53,872 nt of DNA, from contig JACZSL010000003.1 in assembly GCA_022574205.1 (NCBI GenBank), positions 1-53,872 of the forward strand, given 5' to 3'. A program made the position numbers and the translations under genes. Shown here in pieces: positions 8,637 through 18,243 of the stretch. This stretch comes from Patescibacteria group bacterium (GTDB lineage Bacteria; Patescibacteriota; Minisyncoccia; Phycocordibacterales; JACZSL01). The notes beneath the pieces were generated by a model. The model was not told the DNA's origin. It did no database searches and worked only from the letters and a program-made list of their open reading frames with translations. The first letter of the stretch is position 1; each line of letters starts with the position of its first letter.

Positions 8637-10088
8637 TCATTTCTTTCCCACGTCTATGGGAATGATAAACGTGAACGTGGTACCTTTGCCTTCTTCGCTC
8701 TTAAAACTAACTTCACCGTTATGTTTTTCTACAATACGGCGCATTATATAGAGTCCTAGTCCGGAACCGTCTGCTTGGAGTTTTCGGGCATTGTCCGCTC
8801 TGAAAAATTTGCTAAAGATTTTTTGTTGTTGATCCTTTGGAATACCTATACCTCCGTCTGTAACCGTCGTTACTATTTTATCACCCGCTCGGTCAATGGT
8901 AACCAATACACGACCTCCAGGATATGAATACTTAACTGCGTTATCAATAAGGTTTTGAACGACCTGGCGGAGTTTTGTTGCGTCAGCGTGCACTTGTGGA
9001 ATGCCCTTCTCTTTGCCGGTGAAATTAATACTTACATTGCGTTCGAGTGCGCGTGGAGAGACAAGGTCAATGATATTATCGATGAGCGCTACAAGGTCTG
9101 TCGGTGCAAATTCAAACTGAAGTTTTCCAGAATCAATACGATCGACGTCTAGAAGATCGTTCACTAGACGGATTGAGCGATCATTACTTTCATACCCTTT
9201 CATAAGAATAGTTCTCTGGTCAATGTTTAGTGGTCCAAAATCCTGATCCAAAATAATTTTTACTGACCATTTAACAGCGGAAAGCGGGGTACGCAATTGA
9301 TGTGCGACAGTTGTAATAAAGTCGCTCTTTAGACTAGAAACCATCTCGTTGCGCTCGCGGACTGATGCAATACTTTCAAGCATCAGATTAAACTTTTCAA
9401 AAACCTTACTAAAACCACCGCCTGGACCCTTTGGGAGTTTTTCTGAAAAAGTACCATGACTCACATTTTCCATTGCTATTTTTAGTTTGCTAAGTGGACG
9501 CGCCACAAAATAGAATCCGGCGACATATAGTACCGCTCCTATTATTAAGGTAAGTCCAATGAGAAGTCCAAGCTGCATGCCAATGAGTGAGTTTGTTGAC
9601 AAAATCTCGGCCCTCGAGATACCCATCCATAGTGCGTGTATACTTTCGCTACGATAAGTAATTTCTATTTGGTCTTGAATGCGGTTAATACTAATTTCGC
9701 CGGCCTCCATCGAGAGTTCTGGTAAGCGTGTAAAGTAAAGATTTAGTTCTTCTTCGTTTGCGCTTGCAATGATCTGCTTTGTATTGATGTTTATGAGACG
9801 ATAAAATAAAATACCACTCCGCTCTGGAAGCGTTTCTTTGGCAGTTTCATTGGATTTGTTTAAAGCTGCGCTAATTCTAGGCACTGACAGCACACTTCCA
9901 CCCTGTGCGTAGAAATTCGGCGAGTTGAAGATAATATTGCCTGTTGTCTTGACCTGAGACGCGCGCTCGCCTATAACATTGTTTATGATCGCGTTCTCGG
10001 CGATCCGTGCGGACACGACAGCAAAAAGGCTCGCCAATATAAGAAAAAAGGCAAGTAGACCGATAAAAATGTTGCGTAAGGAGAACAT
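8637..10088 (-). CDS. Membrane sensor histidine kinase (2 TM, HAMP, HisKA, HATPase)
   Basis: H-box VAHQLRTPL, NLIDNAVKY, DGGIGI, GSGLGL; start could be 10109. Confidence 0.93.
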   Translation of the reverse strand: MFSLRNIFIGLLAFFLILASLFAVVSARIAENAIINNVIGERASQVKTTGNIIFNSPNFYAQGGSVLSVPRISAALNKSNETAKETLPERSGILFYRLININTKQIIASANEEELNLYFTRLPELSMEAGEISINRIQDQIEITYRSESIHALWMGISRAEILSTNSLIGMQLGLLIGLTLIIGAVLYVAGFYFVARPLSKLKIAMENVSHGTFSEKLPKGPGGGFSKVFEKFNLMLESIASVRERNEMVSSLKSDFITTVAHQLRTPLSAVKWSVKIILDQDFGPLNIDQRTILMKGYESNDRSIRLVNDLLDVDRIDSGKLQFEFAPTDLVALIDNIIDLVSPRALERNVSINFTGKEKGIPQVHADATKLRQVVQNLIDNAVKYSYPGGRVLVTIDRAGDKIVTTVTDGGIGIPKDQQQKIFSKFFRADNARKLQADGSGLGLYIMRRIVEKHNGEVSFKSEEGKGTTFTFIIPIDVGKK

Positions 10089-10162
10089 TATATGAAAGCT
10101 ATACTTCAAGCGTACTAGAAAATTGGGGATTTGTAAGTCACCACTCCTTAGCGGTGTGGAAA

Positions 10163-12175
10163 CTAAACCCCTTCAAGTGCGCGTATTTCGTCACGGATAA
10201 TTGCTGCAGTTTCGAAATCAAGGATTTTAACAGCTTTCTCCATGGCGAGTTTCTTATCTTTAATAACTCCTTTTGGATTTTTTTTGTAGAGTTCTCTGTC
10301 AACTAAAAGTAATGTAGAAACAGTTTTTTCATGAGAGCTACGTAGTTGATCAGTGATGTCTTCAATTTTTTTTATGATGGTCTTTGGTGTAATTTTATGT
10401 TTCTTGTTGTGCGCTAGTTGTATTTCCCTGCGTCTATTTGTTTCAAGGGTGGCAACCCGCATGCTCTTTGTGACGTTGTCAGCGTATAAAACTACATGAC
10501 CTTCGACATTCCTTGCCGCTCGACCTATAATCTGAATAAGTGCTGTAATAGAGCGAAGAAAACCTTCCTTGTCTGCGTCTAAGATACCTATAAATGAAAC
10601 CTCTGGGAGATCCAACCCTTCGCGAAGCAAGTTCACACCAACAAGGCAATCAAATTTTCCTTTGCGAAAGTCAGTTAAAATCGTGATGCGCTCAATTGTC
10701 TTAATGTCGCTGTGTAGGTATTCTGCTTTGATATTTTTCTGTTTTAAAAAATCGGTAAGATCTTCTGCCATTTTTTTTGTTAGCGTTGTTGCCATTGTTC
10801 TATTTCCGCCTTTAATAACCTTCTCACTTTCCTTAATGAAGTCGGCTACCTGACCTTCATAAGTACCCTTGCTTACAATACCGCGCAAAATAATTTCTGG
10901 GTCAACGAGTCCTGTCGGACGAATTATTTGTTCCACAGTATTTTTGGTTCTCTCTAGCTCATATGGACCTGGGGTCGCCGACGTATAAATTACTTGATTG
11001 ACCCTCTCTTCAAATTCTTCAAAGTTTAAAGGTCTATTATCAACAGCGCTAGGAAGTCGAAATCCGTGTTCTACAAGATTATCTTTCCTCGAGCGATCAC
11101 CTGCATACATTCCACCAAGTTGTGGAACGGTGATGTGCGACTCATCAATTATCGTTAAAAAATCTGCTCTACCGCTTGCTGTGTGAGGAAAATACGAAAG
11201 CAGTGTGTATGGTGGTTCCCCGGGCCTGCGGCCATCAAAATGCCGTGAATAGTTCTCAATGCCGCTACAGTAACCAATCTCTCGAATTAGAGCTATATCG
11301 TGGCGTGTACGCCGTTTTATGCGTTCTGCTTCCAATATCTTGCCGGCTTTTTCAAATTTCTTGATTCTTTCCTTTAGTTCCATCTCGATGTCGGAAATTG
11401 CGCGCTTCCTCTCATCCTCTGGTGTAATAAAATGCTTTGCGGGATATAAGAAAAAGAGATCTATATTTTCGATAATTTTACGACTGATGGCATCAATTTT
11501 TTCTATTACAGAAATAACATTCTTTTCAAGTGTTAAGCGGTAGATTACTTTCTCGTTAGTTGGCATAATCTCTATAGTGTTTCCTACCGCGCGAAATGCC
11601 CCTGGGGAAAGGTCGGCGTTTGTGCGTTCAAAGTAAATGTAAATAAGTTTGCGCAAAAATTCGCCACGCGTGACTGTATCTCCTTTTGCGATCTTTATAT
11701 GAACTTTTTCATACTCCACAGGACTTCCCAACCCATAAATTGCGGAAACACTTGCTACGACAATTACGTCGCTTCGCGTTAAGAGTGCTTGTGTACTCGC
11801 GTGACGCAACCGATCAATCTCCTCGTTTATTTGTGCTTCTTTTTCTATATATGTATCACTGACAGGTAGATACGCTTCAGGTTGATAATAATCATAATAC
11901 GAGACAAAGTAATGAACAGAGTTACTAGGAAAAAAAGTCCTATATTCTTGAGCAAGTTGGGCAGCAAGCGTCTTGTTGTGTGCAATAACGAGTGTTGATT
12001 TTTGAACTTTTTCTATAACGTTTGCCACTGTGAACGTTTTTCCTGAACCAGTCACACCTAAAAGGACCTGGTGATTGAGGCCCTTTTTTATACCTGCCGA
12101 GAGAGATTGTATTGCTTTTGGTTGGTCTCCTGCCGGCTTAAATTCAGATTGTAGTTTAAACTTTTCGTTGTTCAT
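10163..12175 (-). CDS. uvrB: Excinuclease ABC subunit B
   Basis: GVTGSGKT, beta-hairpin YYDYYQPEAY, DESH, C-terminal UVR (DFETAAIIRD); start reassigned to MNNEK. Confidence 0.97.
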   Translation of the reverse strand: MNNEKFKLQSEFKPAGDQPKAIQSLSAGIKKGLNHQVLLGVTGSGKTFTVANVIEKVQKSTLVIAHNKTLAAQLAQEYRTFFPSNSVHYFVSYYDYYQPEAYLPVSDTYIEKEAQINEEIDRLRHASTQALLTRSDVIVVASVSAIYGLGSPVEYEKVHIKIAKGDTVTRGEFLRKLIYIYFERTNADLSPGAFRAVGNTIEIMPTNEKVIYRLTLEKNVISVIEKIDAISRKIIENIDLFFLYPAKHFITPEDERKRAISDIEMELKERIKKFEKAGKILEAERIKRRTRHDIALIREIGYCSGIENYSRHFDGRRPGEPPYTLLSYFPHTASGRADFLTIIDESHITVPQLGGMYAGDRSRKDNLVEHGFRLPSAVDNRPLNFEEFEERVNQVIYTSATPGPYELERTKNTVEQIIRPTGLVDPEIILRGIVSKGTYEGQVADFIKESEKVIKGGNRTMATTLTKKMAEDLTDFLKQKNIKAEYLHSDIKTIERITILTDFRKGKFDCLVGVNLLREGLDLPEVSFIGILDADKEGFLRSITALIQIIGRAARNVEGHVVLYADNVTKSMRVATLETNRRREIQLAHNKKHKITPKTIIKKIEDITDQLRSSHEKTVSTLLLVDRELYKKNPKGVIKDKKLAMEKAVKILDFETAAIIRDEIRALEGV

Positions 12176-12291
12176 CCCGTACGAAATAGGTCGCGGCAAA
12201 ACTATGTTGACCTATAATTAATTTTACTAAATCCGATATTGTGTATGTTACGAATTATATATACATATGCGACCCGCGATTTCGTACGGGA
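12175..12291 (-). mobile_element. Start-codon hairpin element at uvrB (no intact target duplication)
   Basis: Perfect 13-bp terminal IR tcccgtacgaaat/atttcgtacggga plus inner ggtcgc/gcgacc; terminal base is the A of the uvrB ATG. Confidence 0.65.
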
Positions 12292-12296
12292 ACAGC

Positions 12297-12944
12297 TTAG
12301 CTGAAATGATCTTTGATGGAATCCAGCAATTCGTCAGGACTATCAACAACATCAATCACGCTATCAGAAATCTCGGAGTCTTTAAAGTGTCGGCGTTCGT
12401 GAATACCCCACGTGACCCCTATTGATTGCATGCCGGCTTCTTCAGCTTCCATAACATCGCTAGTGGCGTCTGTTATGTAGATTGCGTTTGCTGGATCAAT
12501 GCCGAGTTCGCTCATGATATTTTCAGATTTCTCTGTTTTTGACTGCGCATCTTCTATTGTTAGAATTATTTTAAAGAATTTCTTGAGATTGTGTTTTTCT
12601 AATAACGGTATCGTTCTTTCCTTCCCAGAGTTTGTGTTAAGAGCGAGGATGTATTCGTCACCAAGCATCTTCAGCACTTCTTTCATGCCACTGTGTACTT
12701 GTGCTTTCTCTAGTTTCGTAATTGTGTATTTCTTTGTTCGTTCTTCTTTTTCTTCCTTGGTTTCATCTATGTGCAGATGCTCATATTCTTTTCTTGCTTC
12801 ATCTGGCGTTTTTTTATGCGTGACATTTTGATACATTTCCCATGTAAGCGATGGATGAACGCTTGCTGCGTTCGTAAAAGCCAGTTGCATTGAATCAATA
12901 ATAACCCCGTCAAAATCAAAAATGAGTAGTTTTTTATGCTCCAT
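12297..12944 (-). CDS. HAD-family hydrolase (phosphatase)
   Basis: Motif I FDFDGVI, motif IV-like YITDATSD; start reassigned to MEHKK. Confidence 0.9.
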   Translation of the reverse strand: MEHKKLLIFDFDGVIIDSMQLAFTNAASVHPSLTWEMYQNVTHKKTPDEARKEYEHLHIDETKEEKEERTKKYTITKLEKAQVHSGMKEVLKMLGDEYILALNTNSGKERTIPLLEKHNLKKFFKIILTIEDAQSKTEKSENIMSELGIDPANAIYITDATSDVMEAEEAGMQSIGVTWGIHERRHFKDSEISDSVIDVVDSPDELLDSIKDHFS

Positions 12945-13079
12945 CCCGATAGTTACCCGCCTGCCATCGCTACAAAGCACAGGGGGTTTGTATTATTGCT
13001 TATAAATAATGACTCAACCTTTACGTTCATAATTTCAATGATAATAGCTATAGCTTTGGCGGGCGGGTAACTATCGGGA
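12944..13079 (-). mobile_element. Start-codon hairpin element at the HAD gene
   Basis: About 23-bp terminal IR with one mismatch; TGGA duplicated on both sides (12940-12943, 13080-13083), each as ATGGA on the minus strand. Confidence 0.8.
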
Positions 13080-13134
13080 TCCATAGTTTGTTTAGTATAC
13101 ACCTTTAAATAATCTTATCTTAGACCTAACAGTT

Positions 13135-13164
13135 AAAACGCCAACTTTTTCAAGTTGGCGTTTT
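13135..13164. terminator. Intrinsic terminator downstream of the FKBP gene (likely bidirectional)
   Basis: aaaacgccaact-ttttca-agttggcgtttt. Confidence 0.75.
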
Positions 13165-13204
13165 ATTTTTTTCTTTTTTAGGCGTATTTTACGCACCGAA
13201 AATC

Positions 13205-13696
13205 CTACCTTACAATCTCAATCAGCATTACTTGAAATAGAAGCGTAGAGTTCGCCGGAATTGGCCCCACCACTACGTCACTATAAGCGAGATGAGGAGG
13301 TATAACGAGTGCGCGAACACCCCCCACTTTCATTCCAAGAAGTCCCTGATCCCAACCAGCAATAACTTCTCCTACTCCAAGTGTGAAGGTAAACGGCTTT
13401 CCATTGTCTAGTGAATTATCAAAAGTTGTTCCGTCCAGAAGTTGTCCAACGTAGTGAACTACTATACGCTCACCACCGACAAGCGTGTCCCCATCTCCTA
13501 AGACAACGTCCTCTGTAATCAAATCCTCAAGACTTGGTACATCGATGGCTTCCAAACCCAGAGCCATCGAAGAGTCTCTGCTTGAGAGCGAGTTTTCCGG
13601 AGAAGAAAAGAAAGATGGACTCAAAACAAAAAATATAAGCACAACAACGAGGCTTACGTACATACCAATTTTCTCGTTTCGGTTAAGTGATTTCAT
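13205..13696 (-). CDS. FKBP-type peptidyl-prolyl isomerase with N-terminal anchor
   Basis: VHYVGQLLDGTTFDNS, VIAGWDQG, IPANSTLLF. Confidence 0.92.
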   Translation of the reverse strand: MKSLNRNEKIGMYVSLVVVLIFFVLSPSFFSSPENSLSSRDSSMALGLEAIDVPSLEDLITEDVVLGDGDTLVGGERIVVHYVGQLLDGTTFDNSLDNGKPFTFTLGVGEVIAGWDQGLLGMKVGGVRALVIPPHLAYSDVVVGPIPANSTLLFQVMLIEIVR

Positions 13697-13822
13697 CCCG
13701 ATAGTGAGAAATTATGTTGTAATAAATTACGACTACTAATCAAACAAAGCGATCTCAACATGTTGATACATATACATACACCGCCCCCTGTGCCCCGCAC
13801 CACATAATTTTCTACTACGGGA
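13696..13822 (-). mobile_element. Start-codon hairpin element at the FKBP gene
   Basis: Imperfect ~23-bp terminal IR; TGAA duplication (13692-13695, 13823-13826); outer ATG lies 5 nt after the upstream gene's stop. Confidence 0.75.
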
Positions 13823-13831
13823 TTCATGAGT

Positions 13832-14458
13832 TTATAATAGCGTTAATTGTTTTACTACGCCATAGTATTTAATATGAGTGTTTGTAGGATATATCGAGGC
13901 TTCTTTAAGTCGTCTTCTGAGGATTTTATAATTTTTAAATGTGAGTGAAATAAGTTCCCAAAACTTTTGAGAATGATTCAGTTCTCTAAGGTGGCAAAGT
14001 TCGTGAACGATAAGGTAGTTTTGAAGATCCTCTGGGAGATGGATTAGCCTATAATTAAAATTTAGATTCTTCTTTTCTGTACAACTTCCCCACTGCGCCT
14101 TATGATTTTTCACGTATATTTTGTTGTAAGAAAAACGATAGTTGGTATTAAAGTAGGACACTTTTTGCTCTACAAGCTCCAGTACTTCTTGTTTTCTAGT
14201 TTTATACTCTTTCTCATATGTGTCTCGTTGTTCATCATGTGATCGTAACTTGTCGACGTTAATATACTTTTGAATCCACGAGCGTTTCTCTCGTATAAAA
14301 CGTTCTGCGCCCAGGTGGGTTCCACGCCGTGGAATTGTCACTATAAGCCTACCGTCGTCTAGAAGTGTGAGACTTATCCGCTTTGAGCGCGGATGTCTTT
14401 TCAAAACATATGGAATAGTTATTCCGTCTAAACGTATTTCTTTTTTTACTTGCAACAT
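13832..14458 (-). CDS. M48/YgjP (DUF45)-like metal-dependent hydrolase
   Basis: WGSC...NFNYRL...YLIVHELCHLRELNHS (HExxH). Confidence 0.85.
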   Translation of the reverse strand: MLQVKKEIRLDGITIPYVLKRHPRSKRISLTLLDDGRLIVTIPRRGTHLGAERFIREKRSWIQKYINVDKLRSHDEQRDTYEKEYKTRKQEVLELVEQKVSYFNTNYRFSYNKIYVKNHKAQWGSCTEKKNLNFNYRLIHLPEDLQNYLIVHELCHLRELNHSQKFWELISLTFKNYKILRRRLKEASIYPTNTHIKYYGVVKQLTLL

Positions 14459-14496
14459 TTGAATTTTTTAATGTGGTGATTGGAATATATTTTTAA

Positions 14497-15459
14497 TTAT
14501 ATGCTAATACCCAGTACTTCCTGTATAACACTTCCGATTGCGTATGTAACAATTACTGCTATTGCAAGAATAATAATATTTGTAAGTATGCGCTTTTTAA
14601 CATCCATACCGGAAAGAAAAGCGAGAAAGTATGAGACTATGATAATCATGATTCCAGAAGTTACAATAGATGCTAAAACGCTTTGAGATCCAAAAAATAC
14701 CGGAAGGACTGGGACTAGTGCCCCGATAAAATAAGAACCGCCCACAAATATGGCGCTACTTAAGGGTTTTACGGGATTGTCGGCTACTTTTTCTTCACCT
14801 AAAAATTCTCTTTTTTGCTGCGTGGAATTTTTAACTTCGATTTCAGATCCCATTGCAACAAATGCTCCGGCTGCCATTGAAATACTTCCAGCGACAGCGA
14901 CAGTAAAACTTGCTATAAGAACTGATGACGCCATCCCAAACGCGGCGAAAAATCCACTTACTGCTCCTAGTACTTCAACGAGTCCATCGTTAAAGCCAAG
15001 AAAAATATCTCGAATTCGTGCCGGATGAATTTTGCGTTTAATGGCATTACTTACTATATTGTCTTCGTGTTTAAACTCATCTTCCAAGACACGTCGCACA
15101 GCTTCCCTAAGAGGGTCGTCTTTGTAATGCTCCCACACGTCCAAGTACTTTCTTATGCCATAAATTTCAACAGCTTCAAGAGTTAAATGTATACCTGTAT
15201 CTCTTCCAATTCGGCAAAGAAGAACGATGATGGACATTTTGACTCTCCGAAAAAAGTTAAGTTTAGAAATCTGTATATTAAAGAAATCCTGCCAGAAGGC
15301 AAAGTGCTCATTTTCGATTTTTATTAGCTCGTTTAGAAGTACTTTGGTGTTATTGTTGGAAAATTTTTCTAATTTTGTGTATAAAGTAAGATCAAAAAGC
15401 TCATCTAAAATAAAAGCTCGCGCGAGCTTTTTATCGTAATTATTGGTCTGGCCAGCCAT
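14497..15459 (-). CDS. VIT1/CCC1 iron transporter with N-terminal ferritin/rubrerythrin-like domain
   Basis: ExxH pairs (IENEH, DEFKH) followed by FLGFNDGLVE and AGSISMAAG membrane domain. Confidence 0.85.
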   Translation of the reverse strand: MAGQTNNYDKKLARAFILDELFDLTLYTKLEKFSNNNTKVLLNELIKIENEHFAFWQDFFNIQISKLNFFRRVKMSIIVLLCRIGRDTGIHLTLEAVEIYGIRKYLDVWEHYKDDPLREAVRRVLEDEFKHEDNIVSNAIKRKIHPARIRDIFLGFNDGLVEVLGAVSGFFAAFGMASSVLIASFTVAVAGSISMAAGAFVAMGSEIEVKNSTQQKREFLGEEKVADNPVKPLSSAIFVGGSYFIGALVPVLPVFFGSQSVLASIVTSGIMIIIVSYFLAFLSGMDVKKRILTNIIILAIAVIVTYAIGSVIQEVLGISI

Positions 15460-15653
15460 GAATCAAGTATAGCACTCTAAGAGTAACCTTATCTACAGCA
15501 GATTTTGTGGAATACTAAGGCTGTATAGAGGAGATATGTGATATATTTAGTCTACTTAAATAATGCTATATAGGCCAAAACCTCTATGATTCTGATGACA
15601 TCATAGAGATTGTTGTTTCAGATTAGTTTCAAAGCCGCTCTATTTCCGGCTTT

Positions 15654-16301
15654 TTACACCTTAGGCGTTTCGGGAACTGGCACAAGCTCGCGATGCAGTA
15701 ATTTCCTGTACACGTAGACAGTTGCCATAATCGTTATAGGTATTGTAACAAAGAGTCCAACGAATAGGGCTAGCGCACCAAGAATATTTATTAATGCTAA
15801 GACAAGTCCAAATAGGAAAATATTCCACTTTTCCCCCTCTGTTATATCTCTACTTTTGCGGATCGAATCCATGACTCCTAATTTTTCATCAATAAGCGCG
15901 TATTTATAGAATTTATATTTGATCGCCCATATAATTCCCGGAACTACAAAAAGGATGAGTCCTGCTATTACTATAAGTGTGTAAACTGCTGACGCGCCTA
16001 TAAATCTCCAGAGAAGAGGTGCGGGCTCTAATAAATCCTTATATGCGGCCTTATTCTCGTCATATATTTTAAGTGTTATGTAGATAAGGCCAATACCAAG
16101 TAAGAAACTTATTAGTAGTGAGACTACGAAAAGTGTAAACACTATAAGATTATTACCTGTGGAACTTAAAAGTTCTTCTGCATAACTAAAACCTGCGTTG
16201 ATTGCAAATATTCCAACAACCAGACTCACAAGGAAGACTATGTGTTCTCTTGTCGACTTCCACCCGTATTTAATCGCTTCTTTAATTGAAAATGCCTGCA
16301 T
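15654..16301 (-). CDS. Integral membrane protein (DUF975-like)
   Basis: Hydrophobic helices with a SIRKSRDITEGEKWNIF motif. Confidence 0.7.
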   Translation of the reverse strand: MQAFSIKEAIKYGWKSTREHIVFLVSLVVGIFAINAGFSYAEELLSSTGNNLIVFTLFVVSLLISFLLGIGLIYITLKIYDENKAAYKDLLEPAPLLWRFIGASAVYTLIVIAGLILFVVPGIIWAIKYKFYKYALIDEKLGVMDSIRKSRDITEGEKWNIFLFGLVLALINILGALALFVGLFVTIPITIMATVYVYRKLLHRELVPVPETPKV

Positions 16302-16390
16302 AGATTGAATTAATTATTATATGTAAATTATACCACATGCATTTAGACCAAAACCAACCGTGTTTAACCTAGATTGTCTCTTGGTTATTT

Positions 16391-16912
16391 TTACCGTGCG
16401 GTAATAAAAATAGTAATGATAGATGCGAAAATCCACCAGAAGAAATATTCCGGTGTTGTAAAAAGTGTATCAACCGGTGTTAGTGTTTTAAATCCATATA
16501 TAAGACTTGTTTTAAACGCACCAAGCGATAGAAGGCCTGTCACAAAAAAAGCTAGTACTATTGTTTGGTATAGTCCGCCGAGCCTCGTCAACTCCCACTC
16601 ATAGTCCACCACTCTTCGCATTGCAATAAAAGCGAGAAAAATAAACCCAAAATAAATAAGTAAACTACCAAGGTCAAAGCGCCCCAAAACTACTTTTTCT
16701 CCTACATTTAGGATATCCTTATATGGAAACAATGGCGTTAAGAGGAGCGCGATGTATATGGATAGAATAATACCTATAAGGTTTCCACGACTACTTCGTA
16801 ATCCATAGGCGATAATTAATAAGAAAAAACCTCCTAAAAAGAGGATTTCAATGGAAAGGCTTGTTAAATAGCCGAACGCCTCTTCGGTTATTGATTCAAT
16901 ACTTCCCTTCAT
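16391..16912 (-). CDS. Hypothetical integral membrane protein
   Basis: 173-aa hydrophobic ORF directly after dnaJ. Confidence 0.7.
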   Translation of the reverse strand: MKGSIESITEEAFGYLTSLSIEILFLGGFFLLIIAYGLRSSRGNLIGIILSIYIALLLTPLFPYKDILNVGEKVVLGRFDLGSLLIYFGFIFLAFIAMRRVVDYEWELTRLGGLYQTIVLAFFVTGLLSLGAFKTSLIYGFKTLTPVDTLFTTPEYFFWWIFASIITIFITAR

Positions 16913-16927
16913 ATAATTTAAGTGTCC

Positions 16928-18007
16928 TTATATCCCCTCCTCTTTGAGCTCTTCGACGAGCATTTTCGCTTTCTTCGAGAGTTTTTGCGGGAGTTTGATC
17001 TTTAGCTTTATAAATAGATCCCCACGTCCCCCACCGCGTTTTGGAACACCCTTACCGCGAAGGCGGAGCATTTCTCCGGGTGAAGCACCTTCCGGAACTT
17101 TTACTTGGATTTCGCCGTCTAGTGTCGGTAGTGTGTATTCTTTACCTAATAGCGCGTCTGTGAGTTTTATATTAAGTGTTGTTGTAATGTTGGTACCTTC
17201 GCGCTTAAACCGAGGATCGTCCTCTACGTGGAGCTTTACATACAGATCACCTGGCACACCGCCTGAGAGTGCCTCTCCAGCACCGCTAAGACGAATCATT
17301 TCACCATTATGAATATTTTCTGGAACTGTAATACTAATCTCAACCTCCTGCCTCTTAATACCGATGCCGTGGCAGTCATTACATTTATCGTGCGGGACTT
17401 CCCCCTTTCCATGACATGAATCACACACGCGCATACTCGTGAAAGTCCCAAGAAGTGATCTTTTTGTCTCGTGAATATTTCCCTTGCCGTTGCATGTAGG
17501 GCAAGTGTCCATGCTTGAACCAGCTTTTGCACCCGTTCCTTTACACTTCTTGCATTCGGACACTTTCGTTATGAGTACTTTTCTCTTTGTACCAAAAACT
17601 GCTTCAGTAAACGGAAGCTCGAGATCAATAGAAATGTCACGACCTCGCTTTACACGTCGTGCACCGCCTCCACCATTGAAGAATTCAGTAAAAATGTCTC
17701 CGAGATCGAAATTCTGAAAATCTTGTGCGTTGAATCCAGAGCCTCCAAAATCAAACCCTTCAAAGCCGGCTCCTGGTGCGCCTGGCGCACCAGCACCATT
17801 AAACACCCTTCCGTAGGAATCGTATTCAGCGCGTCTTTTATCATCTGATAAGATGTTGTACGCTTCGCTTATTTCCTTAAACTTCGCGTCGTCGGTGTTT
17901 CCTTTATCTGGGTGGTGTTTGTGCGCAAGCTTGCGAAACGCTTTTTTTATATCGTCTTTAGTGGCATTACGTTCAATGCCGAGGATTGTGTAATAGTCTT
18001 TATTCAT
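16928..18007 (-). CDS. dnaJ: Chaperone DnaJ
   Basis: HPD J-domain, G/F region, four CxxCxGxG repeats. Confidence 0.97.
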   Translation of the reverse strand: MNKDYYTILGIERNATKDDIKKAFRKLAHKHHPDKGNTDDAKFKEISEAYNILSDDKRRAEYDSYGRVFNGAGAPGAPGAGFEGFDFGGSGFNAQDFQNFDLGDIFTEFFNGGGGARRVKRGRDISIDLELPFTEAVFGTKRKVLITKVSECKKCKGTGAKAGSSMDTCPTCNGKGNIHETKRSLLGTFTSMRVCDSCHGKGEVPHDKCNDCHGIGIKRQEVEISITVPENIHNGEMIRLSGAGEALSGGVPGDLYVKLHVEDDPRFKREGTNITTTLNIKLTDALLGKEYTLPTLDGEIQVKVPEGASPGEMLRLRGKGVPKRGGGRGDLFIKLKIKLPQKLSKKAKMLVEELKEEGI

Positions 18008-18159
18008 CCCGTTAGAGAATTATCCTTTCAATATATAAGTGTAGTAATATATTAATATTGTCATCTCTCCCTCTCCACATCATCCAATCTATCCGTAATT
18101 CCTAACGGGACTTGTCCCGTTTAAAAAATTAGCCGTCTCTTATACATCCCCGTGGCGGA
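18007..18159 (-). mobile_element. Composite start-codon hairpin element at dnaJ
   Basis: Inner arm pair tcccgttag..ctaacggga (18007-18110), extra CCCG/CGGG arms at 18106-18119 and 18147-18159; TGAA duplication (18003-18006, 18160-18163). Confidence 0.65.
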
Positions 18160-18243
18160 ATTCATTGTGGTGTGGGCTTCTCAAGATTTGACTCTATTGT
18201 ATCACGGTGGGTAGAGGCTAGTAGAAAGAAAGGTGGATATTAG

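Noticed and set aside
10118-10132. Similarity between the unit-2 loop (tccccaaatt) and sequence upstream of the histidine kinase
   Set aside because: Short, and the same sense as the kinase mRNA, so it cannot base-pair with it
15470-15490. TAGCACTC half-site resembling CIRCE
   Set aside because: The second half GAGTGCTAA at 9-nt spacing is absent, it overlaps the VIT promoter, and it is not upstream of grpE/dnaK; no hrcA in the window
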